Source: Proteobacteria bacterium CG1_02_64_396 | GTDB lineage: Bacteria; Pseudomonadota; MNWR01; CG1-02-64-396 | Assembly: GCA_001872725.1 (NCBI GenBank) | Contig: MNWR01000007.1 | Coordinates: 5,673-69,672, forward strand | Direction of reading: 5' to 3' | DNA: 64,000 nt | Shown here: positions 60,276 to 64,000 of the stretch, piece after piece | Position numbering within the stretch: position 1 is the stretch's first letter | How the letters are laid out: the number at the start of each line of letters is the position of its first letter | Made by a program: the position numbers and the translations under genes | The notes under the pieces: model-generated | What the model was told of the DNA's origin: nothing | What the model saw: only the letters and a program-made list of their open reading frames with translations | Databases searched by the model: none

Positions 60276-63134
60276 ATGCCGCTGCATCCCCCCCGCATCA
60301 CCCCCTACCAAAGCCAGTTTTACGCCTGGCTCCTGACCCGCCGGGCGCCGGGGGGCAGCGTGGAGGCGCTGGCCGCCACCCTGGTTGATGCGCAGGTCGA
60401 CCTCAACCCCCATCAGGTCGAGGCGGCGCTGTTCGCCTGCAAAAATCCCCTTTCCCGTGGGGTGATCCTGGCCGACGAGGTGGGGCTGGGCAAAACCATC
60501 GAAGCGGGGTTGGTGATCTCGCAACGTTGGGCCGAACGGCGGCGGCGCATCCTCATCGTGGTTCCCGCCAACCTGCGCAAACAGTGGCATCAAGAACTGC
60601 AAGACAAGTTCGCCCTGCAAGGGGTGTTGCTGGAGGCCAAAAGTTACAACGCCTTGGTCAAACAGGGGGTGGCCAACCCCTTCGTCCAGGGTGATGGCCC
60701 CGTCATCTGCTCCTACCAGTTTGCCAAAACCAAGGCCGATAACCTGCGCCAGGTGCATTGGGATCTGGTGGTCTTCGACGAGGCCCACCGCCTGCGCAAT
60801 GTTTACAAGCCGGGCAACGTCATCGCCCGCACCCTGTGCGACGCCTTGGCGCACGTTCATGCCAAGGTGCTCCTCACCGCCACCCCTCTGCAAAACTCGC
60901 TGCTGGAGCTGTTCGGCCTGGTCAGCATCATCGACCCCCAGGTTTTTGGCGACGAGGCCAGTTTTCGGGCCCAGTTCACCGGGTCGCAGCAGGCGCTCCC
61001 GGATTTGCGCCGTCGCCTGACCCCCCTTTGCCTGCGCACCCTGCGCCGCGACGTGCAGCAGTACGTGTCGTACACCGCCCGTCGGGCCATCGTGCAGGCG
61101 TTCACCCCAACCGACGAAGAGCAGGCTCTGTCGGAGCAAATCACCGACTACCTGCGCCGCCCCAACCTCAAGGCGCTCCCCGCCGGGCAGCGCCACCTGA
61201 TTTCCATGGTGCTCTGGAAGCTGCTGGCCTCCTCCAGTTATGCCATCGCCGGAGCGCTGGAGACCATGGCCAAACGGTTGGAGGGGGAGCTGGAACAGGG
61301 GTTGGTCGAGGCGCTCGACGCCGATTACGAAGAGTTGAGTGAAACCGCCGACGAGTGGGACGAAGAGGAGCCCCCACCCCCCCCAGCGCCCGACGAACGC
61401 GATGCCATCGCCGCAGAGATCGCCGAACTGCGCCGCTTCAGTCAGCGGGCCGCCACCATCCGCGACAACACCAAGGGGCAGGCGCTGCTGACGGCGCTGG
61501 ACCGGGCTTTTGCCGAGTTGGAGCGGCTGGGGGCGCCGCGTAAGGCGATTGTTTTTACCGAGTCGCGCCGCACCCAGGACTACCTGCTGCGGTTGCTGGA
61601 GACCACCCCCTACGGGCAGGGGATCGTCCTGTTCAACGGCAGCAACAGCGACCCCCGCGCCCAGGCGATTTACCAGGATTGGTTGGGGCGCCACGCTGGC
61701 ACCGACCGCATCACCGGCTCCAAAACCGCCGACACCCGCGCCGCCCTGGTGGAACACTTCCGCGACCGGGGCACGGTGATGATTGCCACCGAGGCGGGGG
61801 CCGAGGGGATCAACCTGCAATTCTGCTCCCTGGTCATCAACTACGACCTGCCCTGGAACCCCCAGCGCATCGAACAACGCATCGGGCGTTGCCACCGCTA
61901 CGGGCAAAAATTCGACGTGGTGGTGGTCAACTTTGTCGACCAAAGCAACGAGGCCGACCAACGGGTCTACGAGTTGCTCGATCAGAAGTTTCAGCTTTTC
62001 GAAGGGGTGTTCGGCGCCAGCGACGAGGTGCTTGGCACCATCGAATCGGGGGTCGATTTCGAGCGGCGCATCGCCGGGATCTACCAGGATTGCCGCACGA
62101 ACGAGGCGATCCGGATCGCTTTCGACCAACTGCGGCGCGATTGCTCCGCCGAGATCGACAAAGCGATGGTTAAAACCCGCAAGGCGCTTCTGGAGCATTT
62201 CGACGAGCAGGTGCAGGAGCGGCTGCGCATCAGCGCCGACGAAAGCCGTAATACCCGCAGCCGTTTTGAGGCGATGTTGCTTGATTTGACCCACGCCGAG
62301 TTGGCAGGCGACGCCGACTTCGACGAGGTCGGTTTTACCCTGCGCCGCCTGCCCGCCGCCGCCCCCGCCGTCATCCCCCTGGGCCGCTACGAACTGCCCC
62401 GGCGCAGCGGCGAGGCCCACCTGTACCGGGTGGGTCACCCCCTGGCCGAATGGGTGCTGGGGCGCGCCAAAGGGCGCCCCCTTCCCCAGGCGCGGCTCAC
62501 CTTCGACTACCAGGCCCATGGGGTCACCGTCAGCACCTTGAAGGGGCTGCGCGGGCAGCGTGGTTGGCTGCGGGTCACCCTGTTGAGCGTGGAGGCGCTG
62601 GGGCAGCGGGAGGAACACCTGATCGTCGCCGCCTGCACCCAGCGCGGTCAGGTGTTGGACGAAGACGACCCCGCCAAGCTGCTGCGTCTGCCGGTCCACG
62701 GCGACCCCGTCCCCTTGGTTCGGGCCGATCCGGCCCCCCCCGAACTGGCGCAAGACGAAGAACAACGCAGGCAACAGGTGCTGCGCCAGGTTAACGAACG
62801 CAACCTGGGGTACTTCGACCAGGAGGTGGCCAAACTCGACGCCTGGGCCGACGACCTCAAACAGGGGTTGGAGCAGCAGATCAAACAGCTCGACCGGGAG
62901 ATCAAAGAGGCCCGTCGCCTTGCCGCCATCGCCCCCACGCTGGAGGAAAAACTGGCCCAGCGAAAGCAGCAGCGCGATCTAGAGGGGCAACGCAACCGGT
63001 TGCGCCGGGAGCAATACGACCGGGAAGACGAGATCGGCATCCAACGCAACGCCCTGATCGACGGCCTGGAGGCGCAATTGCGGCAAAAGGTTGATCAAAC
63101 AGAACTTTTTGCGATTGAATGGGCGCTGGTGTAA
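60276..63134 (+). CDS. SNF2-family (Swi2/Snf2) helicase/ATPase with a ~390-aa C-terminal extension ending in a long coiled coil
   Basis: Motif I (LADEVGLGKTIEAG) at aa ~66–78 and motif II DEAH (VVFDEAHRLRN) at aa ~165. Motif VI (QRIGRCHRYGQ) is at aa ~540. An acidic/Pro-rich insertion (…DEWDEEEPPPPPAPDERD…) lies between the RecA lobes. A heptad-repeat Q/R/E-rich tail follows (…QIKQLDREIKEARRLAAIA…). AGGAG RBS. Confidence 0.85.
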   Translation: MPLHPPRITPYQSQFYAWLLTRRAPGGSVEALAATLVDAQVDLNPHQVEAALFACKNPLSRGVILADEVGLGKTIEAGLVISQRWAERRRRILIVVPANLRKQWHQELQDKFALQGVLLEAKSYNALVKQGVANPFVQGDGPVICSYQFAKTKADNLRQVHWDLVVFDEAHRLRNVYKPGNVIARTLCDALAHVHAKVLLTATPLQNSLLELFGLVSIIDPQVFGDEASFRAQFTGSQQALPDLRRRLTPLCLRTLRRDVQQYVSYTARRAIVQAFTPTDEEQALSEQITDYLRRPNLKALPAGQRHLISMVLWKLLASSSYAIAGALETMAKRLEGELEQGLVEALDADYEELSETADEWDEEEPPPPPAPDERDAIAAEIAELRRFSQRAATIRDNTKGQALLTALDRAFAELERLGAPRKAIVFTESRRTQDYLLRLLETTPYGQGIVLFNGSNSDPRAQAIYQDWLGRHAGTDRITGSKTADTRAALVEHFRDRGTVMIATEAGAEGINLQFCSLVINYDLPWNPQRIEQRIGRCHRYGQKFDVVVVNFVDQSNEADQRVYELLDQKFQLFEGVFGASDEVLGTIESGVDFERRIAGIYQDCRTNEAIRIAFDQLRRDCSAEIDKAMVKTRKALLEHFDEQVQERLRISADESRNTRSRFEAMLLDLTHAELAGDADFDEVGFTLRRLPAAAPAVIPLGRYELPRRSGEAHLYRVGHPLAEWVLGRAKGRPLPQARLTFDYQAHGVTVSTLKGLRGQRGWLRVTLLSVEALGQREEHLIVAACTQRGQVLDEDDPAKLLRLPVHGDPVPLVRADPAPPELAQDEEQRRQQVLRQVNERNLGYFDQEVAKLDAWADDLKQGLEQQIKQLDREIKEARRLAAIAPTLEEKLAQRKQQRDLEGQRNRLRREQYDREDEIGIQRNALIDGLEAQLRQKVDQTELFAIEWALV

Positions 63135-63174
63135 CGGCGCCCTTTGCCCGAACGCACGACGACTGGAGCCCGCG

Positions 63175-64000
63175 ATGTCGGCTACGAATTTCAAGACCGA
63201 AAACAACACCTACCGCAAGCTGATCGGCAACGGCTTGACCTACAGCATCCCCCGGTTTCAGCGCGATTACAGTTGGACCGATGAAGAGTGGGAAGACCTT
63301 TGGTCCGACATCCTAGGCACCATTCAAGAGGGGGGCGAACCGGCTCACTACATGGGCTACCTGGTATTGCAATCCCAAGATGAAAAAAGCTTCGACGTCA
63401 TCGACGGTCAGCAACGCTTGACCACCCTGAGCCTGATCGTGTTGGCGGTGCTCAAAAGCCTGCAACGGCTGGTGGATGATGGGATCGATTCCGACCGCAA
63501 CCGGCAAAGGCTGGAGCAAATCCGCAGCACCTACATCGGTTACCTCGACCCGGTCACCTTGGTCACCCGCAGCAAAATCACCCTAAACCGCAACAACGAC
63601 GCCTACTACCAAACCTACTTGGTGCCGCTGGGCCATTTGCCGGTCCGGGGTTTTCGCGCCTCGGAACATGCCTTGCGCAAAGCCTTTGATTGGTTTGATC
63701 GGCGGATCCAGGGGTACGCCAAAAAGCAGGGGGGCGACGAGGGTGTGGCACTGGCCAGCCTGATCGAAACCATGAGCGACCGGCTCTTCTTCACGGTCAT
63801 CAGCGTCACCGACGAGCTCAACGCCTACAAGGTGTTCGAAACCCTCAACGCCCGTGGGGTGCGCCTCTCCTCGACCGATTTTCTCAAGAACTACCTGTTT
63901 TCGGTGTTGCACAAGCAGGGAGAGCATTTGCACGAGATGGACACCCTTGAAAACCGGTGGGAGTCGATGGTGTCGCGGTTGGGTGCCGAGAGTTTTCCCG
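63175..64000 (+). CDS. DUF262-domain protein (GmrSD/SspE/BrxU-type N-terminal ParB-like NTPase domain), 3'-truncated by the window end
   Basis: This open-ended frame was translated manually. It has DUF262 hallmark motifs (…YSIPRFQRDYSW…), DGQQRLTTL and FETLNARGVRLSSTDFLKNYLF. It sits 40 nt after the SNF2 gene, with GGAG 6 nt upstream of ATG 63175. Confidence 0.8.
   Translation, partial: MSATNFKTENNTYRKLIGNGLTYSIPRFQRDYSWTDEEWEDLWSDILGTIQEGGEPAHYMGYLVLQSQDEKSFDVIDGQQRLTTLSLIVLAVLKSLQRLVDDGIDSDRNRQRLEQIRSTYIGYLDPVTLVTRSKITLNRNNDAYYQTYLVPLGHLPVRGFRASEHALRKAFDWFDRRIQGYAKKQGGDEGVALASLIETMSDRLFFTVISVTDELNAYKVFETLNARGVRLSSTDFLKNYLFSVLHKQGEHLHEMDTLENRWESMVSRLGAESFP

Noticed and set aside
60276-63134. 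Possibility that the SNF2 protein is simply RapA/HepA (RNA polymerase recycling factor)
   Set aside because: RapA has a ~110-aa N-terminal domain before the ATPase. Here the Walker A motif is at aa ~70 with a good RBS directly upstream. The adjacent partner gene is a DUF262 protein, which is not a RapA neighbour. This was rejected only with moderate certainty, as noted in the findings.

Overview
This is a high-GC (~63%) proteobacterial chromosomal segment near the replication origin, and almost all genes are on the + strand. The contents, in order: (1) The 3' end of a citrate-synthase-fold (citryl-CoA lyase-like) gene, followed by a complete 14-gene nuoA–N complex I operon with separate nuoC and nuoD and an overlapping nuoA/nuoB. 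(2) On the minus strand, comM/yifB, a ubiK-like gene and a HIT gene, then dnaA–dnaN–gyrB (no recF), murJ, and a giant 1560-aa NAD-specific glutamate dehydrogenase. (3) A small accessory-looking patch: a lipoprotein, a monoheme cytochrome c, an unlisted 40-aa desulforedoxin-like ORF, and a cupin. (4) coaBC–dut, then an Rrf2-family regulator heading a large sulfur-assimilation cluster. That cluster holds a zinc-ribbon ThrC-like PLP enzyme, a MoaD/ThiS-like sulfur carrier ending in GGC, a NIL-domain protein, cysK, a MoeB/ThiF E1, an Fe-S APS/PAPS reductase, a ferredoxin-type sulfite reductase fused to a C-terminal TusA domain, ATP sulfurylase, an anion permease and an LplA-like ligase. (5) A SPOR protein, a cytochrome b561 / cytochrome c' pair (minus strand), two tandem paralogous outer-membrane beta-barrel genes (minus strand) and tRNA-Ala(CGC). 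(6) gatCAB, hisIE, a tandem cNMP-binding protein, rpmH–rnpA–yidD–yidC, a periplasmic thioredoxin-like protein, mnmE, a lipoprotein, a class-I glutamine amidotransferase and a ZIP transporter. (7) At the window end, a 952-aa SNF2-family helicase followed immediately by a DUF262 (GmrSD/SspE-like) protein that is cut off at base 64000. This last pair is the best candidate for an uncharacterised defence or restriction module. Several long inverted repeats and perfect hairpins sit in intergenic regions. No IS elements, integrases, CRISPR arrays or rRNA genes were found.
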